Assembly (NCBI GenBank): GCA_963845245.1
Contig: CAWJRJ010000019.1
Span: 1,305 to 65,304, forward strand
Length of the DNA stretch: 64,000 nucleotides
DNA from: Nitrospirota bacterium
Lineage (GTDB): Bacteria; Nitrospirota; JACRHJ01
Reading direction: 5' to 3'
In this document: positions 50,827 to 61,834 of the stretch, in pieces
Position numbering within the stretch: the stretch's first letter is position 1
Layout of the letters: each line of letters opens with the position of its first letter
Translations under genes and position numbers: made by a program
The notes under the pieces: model-generated
What the model was told of the DNA's origin: nothing
The model's input: only the letters and a program-made list of their open reading frames with translations
Database searches by the model: none

Positions 50827-50842
50827 AGCAAGAAGGATGCCA
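50827..50842 (-). promoter_or_regulatory. Sigma54 (-24/-12) promoter
   Basis: Minus strand TGGCATCCTTCTTGCT matches TGGCAC-N5-TTGCW; lies just downstream of a sigma54 activator gene. Confidence 0.8.
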
Positions 50843-50913
50843 GAATACAAACTATTGATTTTAAAATGAAAATACGATTTTAGGCAGGAACGGTATGTTT
50901 CATAAATGAACAG

Positions 50914-52254
50914 CTATGAACGCTCTTCGCCTTTGAGGATTCTCCAGAGGCTGGTTCTTGAGATACCGAGAAGCTCAGAGGCCTTTGTTTTATTGCCTCC
51001 GACCATCTCAAGCACCCTCTCGGCATAGGCACGGTTCAATTCGTCCATAGTCTGAACGCGGCTTGGATCTATAGTTTCAATCTGGAACATGGAGATACTC
51101 TGCGGAAGACTATCAGGTGTGATAACCTCAGATTTCTCAATAATTAGCGCTCTTTCGATAATATTTTCCAGTTCCCTGATGTTTCCTGGGAAATTGTATG
51201 ATTTTAGTATCTTCAATGCCTCCTTTGAGAAACCGGTGATCTTCTTGTTCGCCCTGGGCAGGTGCTTCTGGAGGAAGAATTCACACAGTGGGGCTATGTC
51301 GTCTTTCCTCTCCCTGAGGGGCGGTATCGATATCTCCATAACGTTAAGACGGTAGTAGAGGTCTTCCCTGAACCGGCCTTCCGCGATGATAGCCTTTACA
51401 TTCTGGTTGGTTGCGGCTATGAACCTGACGTCGACCCTGATCGGCTTGGTCCCTCCGACCCTGTAGAACTCGCCGTCCTCTATCACCTTCAGGAGTTTCG
51501 CCTGCAGGCTCGGCGCCATCTCGGATATCTCGTCGAGGAACAGAGTCCCGGTATCCGCAATCTCGACAAGCCCCTGCTTCATCTTTATCGCCCCGGTGAA
51601 CGCGCCCTTCTCGTGTCCGAAAAGCTCGCTGGCCAGCAGTTCCTCGGTCAGTGTGGCGCAGTTTATGGACAGGAACGGCATATTCTCTCTCCTGCCGGTG
51701 AAATGTATTATCTTCGCCAGCAGGCTCTTGCCTACGCCGCTCTCCCCGGTTAGGAGTATATTGCAATCCGACTCCTTAAGCCCTTCGATAACCTCGAGTA
51801 TCCTCAGCATGCTGTCGCTCTGGGCTATAACGGACAGGTTCTTGTTCATCCCGAAGAAGGCCCTGAGCGCGATGTTTTCTTTCCTCAGGCTTTTCTGTTC
51901 GAAAACCTTTTTTACTTTTATTACAAGCTCATCCAAATCGAAAGGCTTTGTTATGTAGTCTGACGCGCCGAGCTTTATTGCGCTGATAGCCGAGCCTATG
52001 CTGCCATACCCGGTTATCAATATAACGCCCATATCGGGATGCTTTTCCTTCACCTTGACAAGAAGCTCCATGCCTGTCATGCCGGGCATCTTTATGTCCG
52101 CTATCAGCAGGTCAAAATACCACGACTCAAGAGCATTGAATGCGTCGAGGCCGTTTGCGCACGCAGTCACATCGTACCCTTCGGCCCTCATGGTATTCTG
52201 GAGGTGCTTGAGGGTTATCTCTTCGTCTTCCGCTATCAATATGCTATGTTTCAT
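50914..52254 (-). CDS. Sigma54-dependent response regulator (NtrC family)
   Basis: [33 protein letters not shown], Fis-type HTH. Confidence 0.95.
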   Translation of the reverse strand: MKHSILIAEDEEITLKHLQNTMRAEGYDVTACANGLDAFNALESWYFDLLIADIKMPGMTGMELLVKVKEKHPDMGVILITGYGSIGSAISAIKLGASDYITKPFDLDELVIKVKKVFEQKSLRKENIALRAFFGMNKNLSVIAQSDSMLRILEVIEGLKESDCNILLTGESGVGKSLLAKIIHFTGRRENMPFLSINCATLTEELLASELFGHEKGAFTGAIKMKQGLVEIADTGTLFLDEISEMAPSLQAKLLKVIEDGEFYRVGGTKPIRVDVRFIAATNQNVKAIIAEGRFREDLYYRLNVMEISIPPLRERKDDIAPLCEFFLQKHLPRANKKITGFSKEALKILKSYNFPGNIRELENIIERALIIEKSEVITPDSLPQSISMFQIETIDPSRVQTMDELNRAYAERVLEMVGGNKTKASELLGISRTSLWRILKGEERS

Positions 52255-53834
52255 TTTCTCTTTGCACCGGAACCTTTATTGTAAAACAGACCCCACGGTT
52301 GTTGCAGTTTCTGACACTCATGTCTCCACCGTGTTTCTTGACGATATTAAATGCGATCGCAAGGCCCAAGCCTGTACCCTTGTCCTTGGTGGTGAAGAAC
52401 GGGTCCAGCACACGGTCCAGGTCTTCCTCTTTAATGCCGGGTCCTGTATCGGAAACATCTATGCGTACAAAACCGTCTTCGGACTTGGTCGACACGACAA
52501 GCTCCCCATCGCCGGACATCGCTTCGATCGCGTTCGTGAACAGGTTTATGAATACCCGCTCCATTTGGCCCGGGTCGACCACGGCGGACAACTCGCCCGA
52601 GCGCGGCTCAAGTTTAAACGTAACCCCCTGGGAGTTTGTAACACCCTTGGTGTTCTCGTACACCCTCTTGATCAGGCCGTTCAGGTCGGTCAATACCGGC
52701 TTCGGGTCCTTGCCCCTTGCAAACTCAAGGAGGTCACCCACAATCCTCTTGACCCTCGCAGTCTGGCCGATAATATCGCCTATGACCTCTTTGGCATCAG
52801 GCGTGATGTTCGTCCCGGCGGCCTTGGAAAGCACCTGGGCGGATATATAGATATTATTGAGCGGGTTGTTAAGCTCATGCGCCACACCTGCGGCCATCGT
52901 TCCTATGGAGACCAGCTTTTTCGCCCTTAAAAGTTCCTGGTTCTTTTCTTCGATCTCCAGTGTCACGCTGGGCAAGCTGGTCCTCCATCGTGTTGAACTT
53001 CTCGATTAGTACCCCGACCTCGTCTTTGGACCTTTTTTTGTCCTGCGAAACGCTGGGGTGGCCGCCCTTGCCCGCCTTCTCGACTACGTCCATCAATAGC
53101 CTCAGGCGCGACGTGGTATCGCTGGCAAAATAGAACAACGTCCCAATACCTATGATCAGGAAGAGCGGAAAGATAATAATTATGGCGACCTGCGATGAAC
53201 TGATCGCCTGGTCCGCCTCATCCCTCGCCGACTTGTCTAGTTCCTTCGATACCGCAAGTATGTCTTCGCCGCTTTTTCTGAGCGCGCCGATCTCGCTGTC
53301 AAGGCTCTTTAAACCGGTTACCAGGACATGGTCGGCGGGCAGTTTGAAAACCGTCACAAGCAGGTCCGCCTCCTCGCCCGGCCTGTCGAGGAAGGTCAAC
53401 TCTAACAGTGGGAAAAAGTTTGCGTTTGCGCTTGAAGCGGCCTTCGTCGTTTCAAGCTCTTCGGTAAGTGTCTGTGCGTTTTTCTCGATAGCGGAGAACC
53501 TACCGCCATACTCAAGCACGAGCCTGTTTAGCTCCTTCAGTCTGCCGTTCTTGTCCTCCTGCGTACTATCGTTCAGTATGGCTTCGATCTGGTTCAGGTA
53601 GTCGTGTACGGCTAGCGCCTCGGCGCCAGATTTCTGCTGGCCGTAGAGAAGGAAGTTTTTTTCGTGGCGGCGAAGCTGGAGTGTCTTGCTGCGGATAGTA
53701 TCCGTAAGTTCTATGTACCGTATCTCCCTGCGTATATCGATAAAGCTCTTGTACTCATAGGCCATCAATACGGCGATTATGGAAGCGCTTATAAGGAAGA
53801 TTATGACGATTTTTTTCTTGAGAGACATATACAT
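52244..53834 (-). CDS. Membrane sensor histidine kinase (frameshift near 52970)
   Basis: TM-periplasmic-TM-HAMP in 52875..53834; [27 protein letters not shown] in 52244..52975. Confidence 0.9.
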
Positions 53835-53846
53835 TATCCTGGTGGA

Positions 53847-54461
53847 TTACGGCACTATCAGATATGCGTGTAATACTCCGCTTTCAAAAAGACTGTCCAC
53901 CCACAATGCGACCGGGACGAATATTATGAAAAAGCTGGCGTCCATGAAACTTTTAAATATCAGTTTGTAGGAGACGTCCTTGAGTCCGCCGGCATTCAGC
54001 TTGAATACATTCGGGAAGAAGGCCGGGACGTTTTCCTTGTACCGCAGGAACGTTTCCCCGAAAAACGAGTGCAGCCTTTTCTCTTCAGATGCGATTACGA
54101 GCGGGTAGTAAAAAGAGAAGAAGCCCACATAGAAAAGGATCAATAATATGTTCTGAAACTCGAACGCCACGCCCAGGCCAGCGAGGAATGAGAAGAAGTA
54201 GAGCGGGTTCCTGCACATGGAATAGGGTCCGTTCATGACCAGCGTCTCGTTCTTCCTGCCGCCGATATAGGCCGTGCACCACAGCCTGCCCAGGACACCT
54301 GCCGCCACAAGGATCATGCCTGAAAGTTTGAACACGTCAGCCGTGACGCTTTTTGAAGGCCAGGAGTGGCGTGTGAACAATATTATCAAGGGGGCAAACA
54401 ACAGGACGACCCTTGTTATCTTCCGCCTGTTATGCTCAAACCAGCTGTATCCTTCTTTCAT
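53847..54461 (-). CDS. Isoprenylcysteine carboxyl methyltransferase family membrane protein
   Basis: LVMNGPYSMCRNPLY, EEKRL...FG...Y...VPAFFP. Confidence 0.85.
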   Translation of the reverse strand: MKEGYSWFEHNRRKITRVVLLFAPLIILFTRHSWPSKSVTADVFKLSGMILVAAGVLGRLWCTAYIGGRKNETLVMNGPYSMCRNPLYFFSFLAGLGVAFEFQNILLILFYVGFFSFYYPLVIASEEKRLHSFFGETFLRYKENVPAFFPNVFKLNAGGLKDVSYKLIFKSFMDASFFIIFVPVALWVDSLFESGVLHAYLIVP

Positions 54462-54487
54462 ATTGCTGAATATACCTCTTATGCTTG

Positions 54488-55867
54488 TCAGTCGTGGCTT
54501 CCGCCAACGACTATGTCGGAGATGAAAAGCGTGGGCTGTGCATCAGACACCGGCGCGCCCTGGCCGTCCTTGCCGCATGTGCCTATGGAGAAGCCAAGGT
54601 CTGAACCGACCATGGTTATGCTCTTCAGCACCGCCGGGCCGTTGCCGACGAGCGTCGCGCCACGCACAGGCTCGCCAACCTCGCCCTTGTCTATCATATA
54701 CCCCTCGTTTATCTCGAACACGAAGTCGCCGTTTACGGTGTTCACCTGTCCGCCGCCCATCTTCTTCACGAGGAGCCCCTTGTCGCAGGCCCTCACAATG
54801 GACGCCGGGTCCATGTCGCCGGGCGCAATCATCGTGTTCGTCATACGTGTGATTGGCCGCGACTGGTACGAATCGCGCCTGCCGTTTCCGGTGGATGCCG
54901 CCCCCGCCTTCATGGCTGTCAGCCTGTCGTACATGAAACCCTTGAGCACGCCTTTTTCCACCAGCACCGTCTTCTGCGCCTCGATGCCTTCGTCGTCGAA
55001 CCGGAACGAGCCGCGCCTGCCGGGCATGGTCGCGTCGTCGATCACGGTCACGAGCGGGGAGGCTATCTCCTGGCCTACCTTGTCTGTATATACCGACAAC
55101 CCGTTCTGGGCCAGGTCGGCCTCAAGGCCATGCCCGACGGCCTCGTGCACCATCGTGCCGCCCGCCTCGCTTGACAGCACGACCGGCATCCTGCCCCCCG
55201 GTGCCTTCCTTGCGGAGAGCATCATCACTGCACGTTCTGCTGCCTTGCGGCCTATTTCCTCAGGTGGCGTCTCCATGAATATCTCAAAGCCGATGTTCCC
55301 GCCCGCCGACTCGTACCCGGTCTGGACGGAATCCCCGGCCCTCGCAATCACGTTTGCGGCGGCCACGATATAATATCTTCTGTCCCTTGCCAGGCTGCCG
55401 TCCGAGCAGGCTATCGTTAGATCCTGGAAGGTGTCCCGGTACTGCACCGTGACCTGGGCCACCCTTGAGTCATATGCCCTTGCGGCCCTGTCCGCCTCCC
55501 TGACAAATGCTAGCTTTCTGTCGATGGATACGCCCTCAGGCGGCTCGACTATCGTGTAGTCAACCGGGGCCTTTTTCTCCCTGAGGTCGATTACGATATC
55601 CCCGCCCTTCTCACCGCAGGCGTGCGAAATCTTTCCGGCAAGCTCAAGCAGGGCCTTCTCCTCCAAGCTGTTCGTGTACGCGTATACCGTCCTGAAGCCT
55701 ATTATCACACGAAGGCCAGCACCGGTCTCTATGCCCGATACGACCTTGTCCACCTTGCCGTCGTCGAACATTATAGCCGTCGGGCGCGTGTTCTCGATGT
55801 AGAGGTCGGCGTACTCGCCGCCCCGCGAGAGCGCGGCTTTCAGAATTTTGGAGTAATCAAGGTCCAA
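54488..55867 (-). CDS. tldD: TldD metalloprotease
   Basis: HEAVGHGLEAD, DDEG, RMTNT, GTCGKDGQ..PVSD.QPT. Confidence 0.93.
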   Translation of the reverse strand: MDLDYSKILKAALSRGGEYADLYIENTRPTAIMFDDGKVDKVVSGIETGAGLRVIIGFRTVYAYTNSLEEKALLELAGKISHACGEKGGDIVIDLREKKAPVDYTIVEPPEGVSIDRKLAFVREADRAARAYDSRVAQVTVQYRDTFQDLTIACSDGSLARDRRYYIVAAANVIARAGDSVQTGYESAGGNIGFEIFMETPPEEIGRKAAERAVMMLSARKAPGGRMPVVLSSEAGGTMVHEAVGHGLEADLAQNGLSVYTDKVGQEIASPLVTVIDDATMPGRRGSFRFDDEGIEAQKTVLVEKGVLKGFMYDRLTAMKAGAASTGNGRRDSYQSRPITRMTNTMIAPGDMDPASIVRACDKGLLVKKMGGGQVNTVNGDFVFEINEGYMIDKGEVGEPVRGATLVGNGPAVLKSITMVGSDLGFSIGTCGKDGQGAPVSDAQPTLFISDIVVGGSHD

Positions 55868-55924
55868 GGTAACCTCTTAAAAGAAAAGGGAACAGTATAA
55901 AAACCGTTCCCTTTATCATAACAT

Positions 55925-55970
55925 AAACTGTTATTTTCTTTTAGCAAAAAGAGTATAGACAAAGAAAACC
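55925..55970. repeat. AT-rich palindromic repeat (degenerate copy)
   Basis: AAACTGTTATTTTCTTTTAGCAAAAAGAGTATAGACAAAGAAAACC, similar to 60004..60050. Confidence 0.55.
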
Positions 55971-55972
55971 TT

Positions 55973-56991
55973 CTACTTTATCAGCTCTTCCGCTATCTGC
56001 ACCGCGTTGAGCGCCGCGCCCTTCCTGAGGTTGTCCGAGACTATCCACAGGTTCAGGCCGTTCTCGATGGACTCGTCCTCGCGGATGCGCCCGACATACG
56101 TATCGTCCTTGCCCGCAACGTCTATCGCGAGCGGGTAGATGTTCTTGGACGGGTCGTCGAACACCACGATGCCGGGAGCGGCGGCAAGTATCGCGCGCGC
56201 CTCGTTCGCGGTGAGCTTCTTCTCCGTCTCGATGTTCACCGACTCGGAGTGGCATCTGAAGACCGGGACGCGCACCGTCGTGGCTGTCACCCTTATGTTC
56301 GGGTCGAGCATCTTGTGCGTCTCGTGCACCATCTTCATCTCTTCCTTGGTGTAGCCGTTGTCGAGGAAGACGTCTATGTGCGGGAGGCAGTTGAATGCGA
56401 TGCGGTGCGGGTAGACCTTGTTCACAGGGTCCTTGAAGGCGAGCAGGGCTATAGTCTGGTCCATCAGCTCGTCGATGGCCTTCTTGCCGGTGCCGGAGAC
56501 GGACTGGAACGTCGTGACGACTATCCTCTTTATCTTCGCGGCGTCGTGCAGGGGCTTGAGCGCGACCAGCATCTGGATGGTGGAGCAGTTCGGGTTCGCG
56601 ATTATGCCCTTGGGGATGGTCTTTAAGTCCTGCGGGTTGACCTCCGGGATGACCAGCGGGCAGTCCTTGTCCATGCGCCATGCGGCGGAGTTGTCGATGA
56701 CGATGCAGCCGGCCTTTGCCGCGCTCGGCGCAAACTCCAGGCTCCTTGACGCCGCCAGCGGAGAACAGTGCAATGTCCACGCCCTCGAACGAGTCGTGTT
56801 TGAGCGTCTTCACGCTTGACGTCCTTGCCGTTGAACTGGAGCTTCTTGCCTTCGGACTTCTCCGAGGCCAGCAGCCTTATCTCAGAGACCGGGAACTTGC
56901 GTTCCTCAAGGACCGATATCATCTCATGCCCGACTGCGCCAGTCGCGCCCACAACCGCTACTACATAACTATCCTTCTTCTTAAGCATCAT
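55973..56991 (-). CDS. asd: Aspartate-semialdehyde dehydrogenase (frameshifts near 56760-56815)
   Basis: VVGATGAVG, IANPNCSTIQM, QSVSGTG, RVPVFRCHSE, DNLRKGAALNAVQIAE. Confidence 0.95.
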
Positions 56992-56993
56992 CT

Positions 56994-58063
56994 TTAGGCC
57001 TCTCTAACAAACTTCGCAACCATATTGCCAACTTCGTTCGTGCCCATTCCCATCTTGCCTGCGGCCAGGCTGTCCATCTTGGATATGGCCTTGATTACCG
57101 CCTTCTCTATCCAGCCTGCAGCCGCAGTCTCGCCCAGGTGGTCGAGCATCATTCCAGCCGCGCATATGGCCGCAAGCGGGTTGATGACGTTCATGCCGGT
57201 GTACTTCGGTGCGGAGCCGCCGATCGGCTCGAACATGCAGACGCCCTTCGGGTTGATGTTGCCGCCCGCCGCGATGCCCATGCCGCCCTGCGTCATTGCG
57301 CCGAGGTCGGTTATGATATCGCCGAACATGTTGTCCGTCACGATGACGTCGAACCATTCCGGGTTCTTCACCATCCACATCGTGGTGGCGTCGACATGCG
57401 CGTAGTCTGCCGTTATCTTCGGGTATTCCTTGGCTACCTCATAGAACGCCCGCTCCCAGAGGTCGAACGCGAACGTGAGGACGTTCGTCTTGCCGCAGAG
57501 CGTGACCTTCTTGCGCTTGTTCTTCTTGCGCGTACTCGAAGGCGTAGCGGATGCAGCGCTCGACGCCCTTGCGGGTGTTTATGGATTCCTGTATGGCGAC
57601 CTCGTCCTGCGTGCCCTTCTTCAGCACGCCGCCCGCGCCTGCGTAGAGGCCTTCGGTGTTCTCACGGACGACGACGTAGTCTATCTCCTTCGGGCCCTTG
57701 TCCTTCAGCGGGCGTCTCGACGCCCGGGAACAGCTTTACCGGCCGGAGGTTTATGTAGAGGTCGAGCGCGAACCTGGTCTTTAAGAGTATGCCCTTCTCC
57801 AGTATGCCGGGCGCGACCTCGGGGTGGCCGATCGCGCCGAGGAGTACGGCGTCGAACTCACGAAGCCCGTCTATCTCCTTGTCGCTTATCGTCTCGCCGG
57901 TCTTCAGGTAGCGGTCACCGCCGTAGTTGAAGCTCTTGAAGCTGAGAGTAAAGCCGCCCTTCTTTGCCGCGGACTTTACAACCTTGACCGCCTCCGCAAC
58001 AACCTCCGGCCCTGTACCGTCGCCGCCTATAAGCGCTATCTTGTAGTTCTTTTCCTTGGCCAT
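56994..58063 (-). CDS. leuB: 3-isopropylmalate dehydrogenase (frameshifts)
   Basis: [41 protein letters not shown]. Confidence 0.92.
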
Positions 58064-58121
58064 CTAATAATTTCTCCCTTCGTGAATTTAAATCTGATCT
58101 TTTAGCCGATGCTGGATTCTA

Positions 58122-58617
58122 TTATGCCACTCTCTTTTTAACCCACTCCATAAGCCCGCCCGCACGTAATCAGCTCCTGCATGAACGGCGGGATCGGGTT
58201 GGCCTGGTACGTCTTCTTCGTCGTTATGTTCTTTATTATCCCTTTTTCAGCGTCCACCTCTACCACGTCGCCTTCGCTGATGCCGTCAACCGCCTCGGGG
58301 CATTCGAATATCGGCAGGCCCATGTTGAACGAGTTGCGGTAGAAGATGCGCGCGTACGTCTTGGCTATGACGCATGAGACTCCGGCGGTCTTTATGGCTA
58401 TCGGGGCGTGCTCGCGCGAGCTTCCGCAGCCGAAGTTCTTGTCGGCCACGATGATGTCGCCCTTCTTCATGCGCTTCATGAAGTCCGGGGTCTTCGAGTC
58501 TTCCATGCAGTGTTTGGCAAGTTCCGCAGGGTCCGAGGTGTTCAGGTACCTTGCCGGTATTATAGCGTCGGTATCTATGTCCGCGCCGAACTTCCAGGCA
58601 TTTCCTTTTAATTTCAT
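58122..58617 (-). CDS. leuD: 3-isopropylmalate dehydratase small subunit (frameshift near 58160)
   Basis: [32 protein letters not shown]; corrected end [12 protein letters not shown]. Confidence 0.94.
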
Positions 58618-58630
58618 TTTATCTCTCCAC

Positions 58631-58713
58631 TTGTAGGGGCCGACCTTCGTGTCGGCCCTTAATATAAATTCAATGCGTTAAAGCAGGGCCGACACGAAGG
58701 TCGGCCCCTACAA
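58631..58713. repeat. REPIN-like doublet of inverted GTAG REPs
   Basis: TTGTAGGGGCCGACCTTCGTGTCGGCCCT at 58631..58659 and its exact reverse complement at 58685..58713. Confidence 0.88.
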
Positions 58714-58725
58714 TAAGGTACAAAA

Positions 58726-59989
58726 TTATTTCAGTTCGTCCGGGCTGCCTATCCTGCCGAGTACCGCGGACGCCGCCGCGATTGCCGGGTTTGACAGATA
58801 GACCTCTGACTCCGGGTGGCCCATGCGGCCGACGAAGTTCCTGTTGGTCGTTGCAATCGCCTTCTCGCCCTTCGCAAGGATGCCCATGTGCCCGCCGAGG
58901 CAAGGCCCGCATGTCGGGGTGGAGACCGCCGCCTGCGCGTCCAGGAATATGTTGAACAGACCTTCCTTCATCGCCTGCCTGTATATCTCCTGCGTCGCCG
59001 GGATTATTATCATCCTGACGTCCGGGTGCACCTTGTGCCCTTTGAGCACCTTCGCGGCGACGCGCAGGTCCTCGATGCGGCCGTTGGTGCAGGAGCCGAC
59101 GACGGACTGGTCTATCTTTATGTTCGAAAGTTCGCTTACGCCCTTCGTGTTCTCCGGCAGGTGCGGGCATGCGACCTGCGGCTCTATCTTCGAGCAGTCG
59201 TACTCGCGTATGTCCACGTAAACCGCCTTGGCGTCGGACTTGCAGGTACTTAGGCTTGCGCTGTGCGCGGCCTTCCTCGTATGCGCGTGTGATGTCGTCC
59301 GGCGCGATTATGCCGCTCTTGCCGCCGGCCTCGATCGCCATGTTCGCCATCGTGAGCCTGCCCGACATCTCCATCTTGTCGATTATCTCGCCGGTGAACT
59401 CCATCGCGCGATAGAGCGCGCCGTCCACGCCGATGTCGCCGATGGTATAGAGGATGAGGTCCTTGCCGGACACCCATTTCTTGAGCTTGCCCTTGTATAT
59501 GAACTTGATGCTCTCGGGCACCTTGAACCATATCTCGCCGGTAATCATGGCCGCCGCGACGTCCGTGCTGCCCACGCCGGTTGCGAATGCGCCAAGGCCG
59601 CCGTATGTGCAGGTGTGCGAGTCAGCGCCGATAACCACGTCGCCGGAGCAGACGATACCCTGCTCCGGCAGGAGCGCGTGCTCCACGCCCATCCGGCCGA
59701 CCTCGAAGTAGTTGGTCAGCCCGTGCTCCTTCGAGAAATCCCTGAGGAGCTTCGCCTGCTCGGCGGAGTTTATGTCCTTGTTCGGCACGAAGTGGTCGGG
59801 CACAAGCACGATGCGGTTCTTGTTGAACACCTTCTTCGCGCCGGCCTTCCTGAACTCGCGGATGGATATCGGCGCGGTGATGTCGTTCGCCAGGACTATA
59901 TCGACCTTCGCGTTTATCAGCTCGCCCGGGACGACTTCCTTCTTCCCGCAGTGAGCAGCCAGTATCTTTTCTGTAATTGTCATCGGCAT
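58726..59989 (-). CDS. leuC: 3-isopropylmalate dehydratase large subunit (frameshift near 59245)
   Basis: [41 protein letters not shown]. Confidence 0.95.
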
Positions 59990-60003
59990 AAAGTCAACTC
60001 CTT

Positions 60004-60050
60004 AAACCGTTACTTTCTTTTGGAAAAAAGAAAGTAACATAAAGAAAATC
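60004..60050. repeat. AT-rich palindromic repeat
   Basis: GTTACTTTCTTTT-ggaa-AAAAGAAAGTAAC hairpin followed by AAAGAAAA. Confidence 0.6.
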
Positions 60051-60129
60051 ATTATTAATATAAGTTTTTTGGGCCGCCTTTTTTACAAAAAAGGCGGGAA
60101 CTGCTCAAGTCAAACGGTGAATTTTAGCA

Positions 60130-61675
60130 TTACTCGCACATCTTTTCAACCGTTTTTTCACCCTTTTTCCTCAGGTATGCCAGCTTGTTAAGGGCATTCA
60201 CGTACGCCTTGGCCGAGGCCACGATGATGTCCGTGTCCGAGCCCTGGCCCATGACCGTCCTGCCGGACTCCCTCAGGCGCACGACAACCTCGCCCTGCGC
60301 GTCCGTGCCGCCCGTGATGGCCTTCACCTCGTACGCGAGCATCTCGCTCTTGGTCTTGACTATCCCGGCTATGGTGTTGAGCGCCGCATCGACCGGCCCG
60401 TCGCCGGTGGACTTCACCTTGACTTCCTTGCCTTCCACCGGCAAGCACGACCTCGGCCTCCGGCTTCGTGCCCGTCCCGCTCTGCACAAACAGGCTCTTC
60501 AGCTCGTAGGTCTGCGGGATGCGGAACACCTCCTCGGCCACGATCGCTTCCAGGTCCTCGTCGAATATGTCCTTCTTCTGGTCGGCCAGGCGCTTGAACC
60601 GCTCGAAGGCCTTGTTCAGCTCCTCCTCGCCCAGGGTATAGCCCAGCACCTTCAGGCGGTCGCGGAAGGCGTGGCGGCCCGAATGTTTGCCCAGCACCAG
60701 CGTGCTCTGGGTGACGCCGACCGACTCGGGCGTCATTATCTCGTAGGTGGACTTCTCCTTCAGGAACCCGTCCTGGTGTATGCCCGACTCGTGCGCAAAT
60801 GCGTTCGCGCCGACTATCGCCTTGTTCGCCTGGACGGTCATGCCGGTGACGCTCTTCACCAGACGGCTTGCGGCCATGATCTCCTCGGTCACGATGTTCG
60901 TCCTGGCCTCGAAGAATGCCTCGCGGGTGCGGAGCGCCATCACGACCTCTTCCATCGCCGCGTTGCCCGCGCGCTCGCCGATGCCGTTGATGGTGCATTC
61001 CACCTGGCCCGCGCCGTTCAGCACCGCCGCCAGCGAGTTGGAAACCGCCAGCCCCAGGTCGTTGTGGCAATGAACGGATATTACCGCCTTGTCAATGTTC
61101 GGCACGTGGTCGAACAGGTACTTTATCCTCTCGCCGTACTCAGCCGGGATGGCGTAGCCGACGGTGTCCGGGATGTTCACGGTGGTCGCGCCCGCCTTTA
61201 TCACGGCCTCCACCACCCGGCACAGGAAGTCCAGGTCGGAGCGCGTCGCGTCCTCGGCCGAGAACTCCACGTCGTCTGTGTACTTCTTCGCCCTCTTCAC
61301 CGCCGCGACCGCCATCTCCAGCACCTCTTCGCGGGACTTCTTCAGCTTGTACTGAAGATGTATGTCGGATGTCGCCAGGAACGTGTGTATGCGGCCACGC
61401 TCGGCGGGCTTTATCGCCTCTGCGGCGCGGTCTATGTCGCCTTCCGTCGCACGGCACAGCCCGCAGATGACCGGGCCCTTTACCTCTGTCGCGATCCTCT
61501 TGACCGACTCGAAGTCGCCCTCGGACGCGATGGGGAACCCGGCCTCGATTATATCCACCTTCATGCGGGCCAGTTGGCGCGCGACCATCAGCTTCTCTTC
61601 CATGTTCATCGAGCACCCCGGCGACTGCTCTCCGTCGCGCAGGGTGGTGTCGAAAATTCGTATTATGCGGGACAT
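60130..61675 (-). CDS. leuA: 2-isopropylmalate synthase (frameshift near 60440)
   Basis: [39 protein letters not shown]; regulatory domain GDGPVDA...TDIIVASA. Confidence 0.96.
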
Positions 61676-61701
61676 GTGTTCCTCCGTTATTTTATCTATT
61701 T

Positions 61702-61727
61702 GTAGGGGACGACCCGTGTGTCGTCCC
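61702..61727. repeat. GTAG-type REP element (variant)
   Basis: GTAGGGGACGACCCGTGTGTCGTCCC; compensatory stem changes relative to the other copies. Confidence 0.78.
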
Positions 61728-61834
61728 GCTTATTTTTGATATTATTATGACGCGGTTATGCAAGCGAACAGGCCGACAGGCTACGCCTGAAGGCCGGATT
61801 GCTCCTTATTGTTAATATTTTCGTTATCATAATT

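Noticed and set aside
60185-61705. 506 aa + strand ORF and similar long opposite-strand ORFs (10390..11244, 47547..48605, 54366..55373)
   Set aside because: Antisense shadows of GC3-rich genes (leuA, folD, USP, tldD); no independent motifs or RBS.
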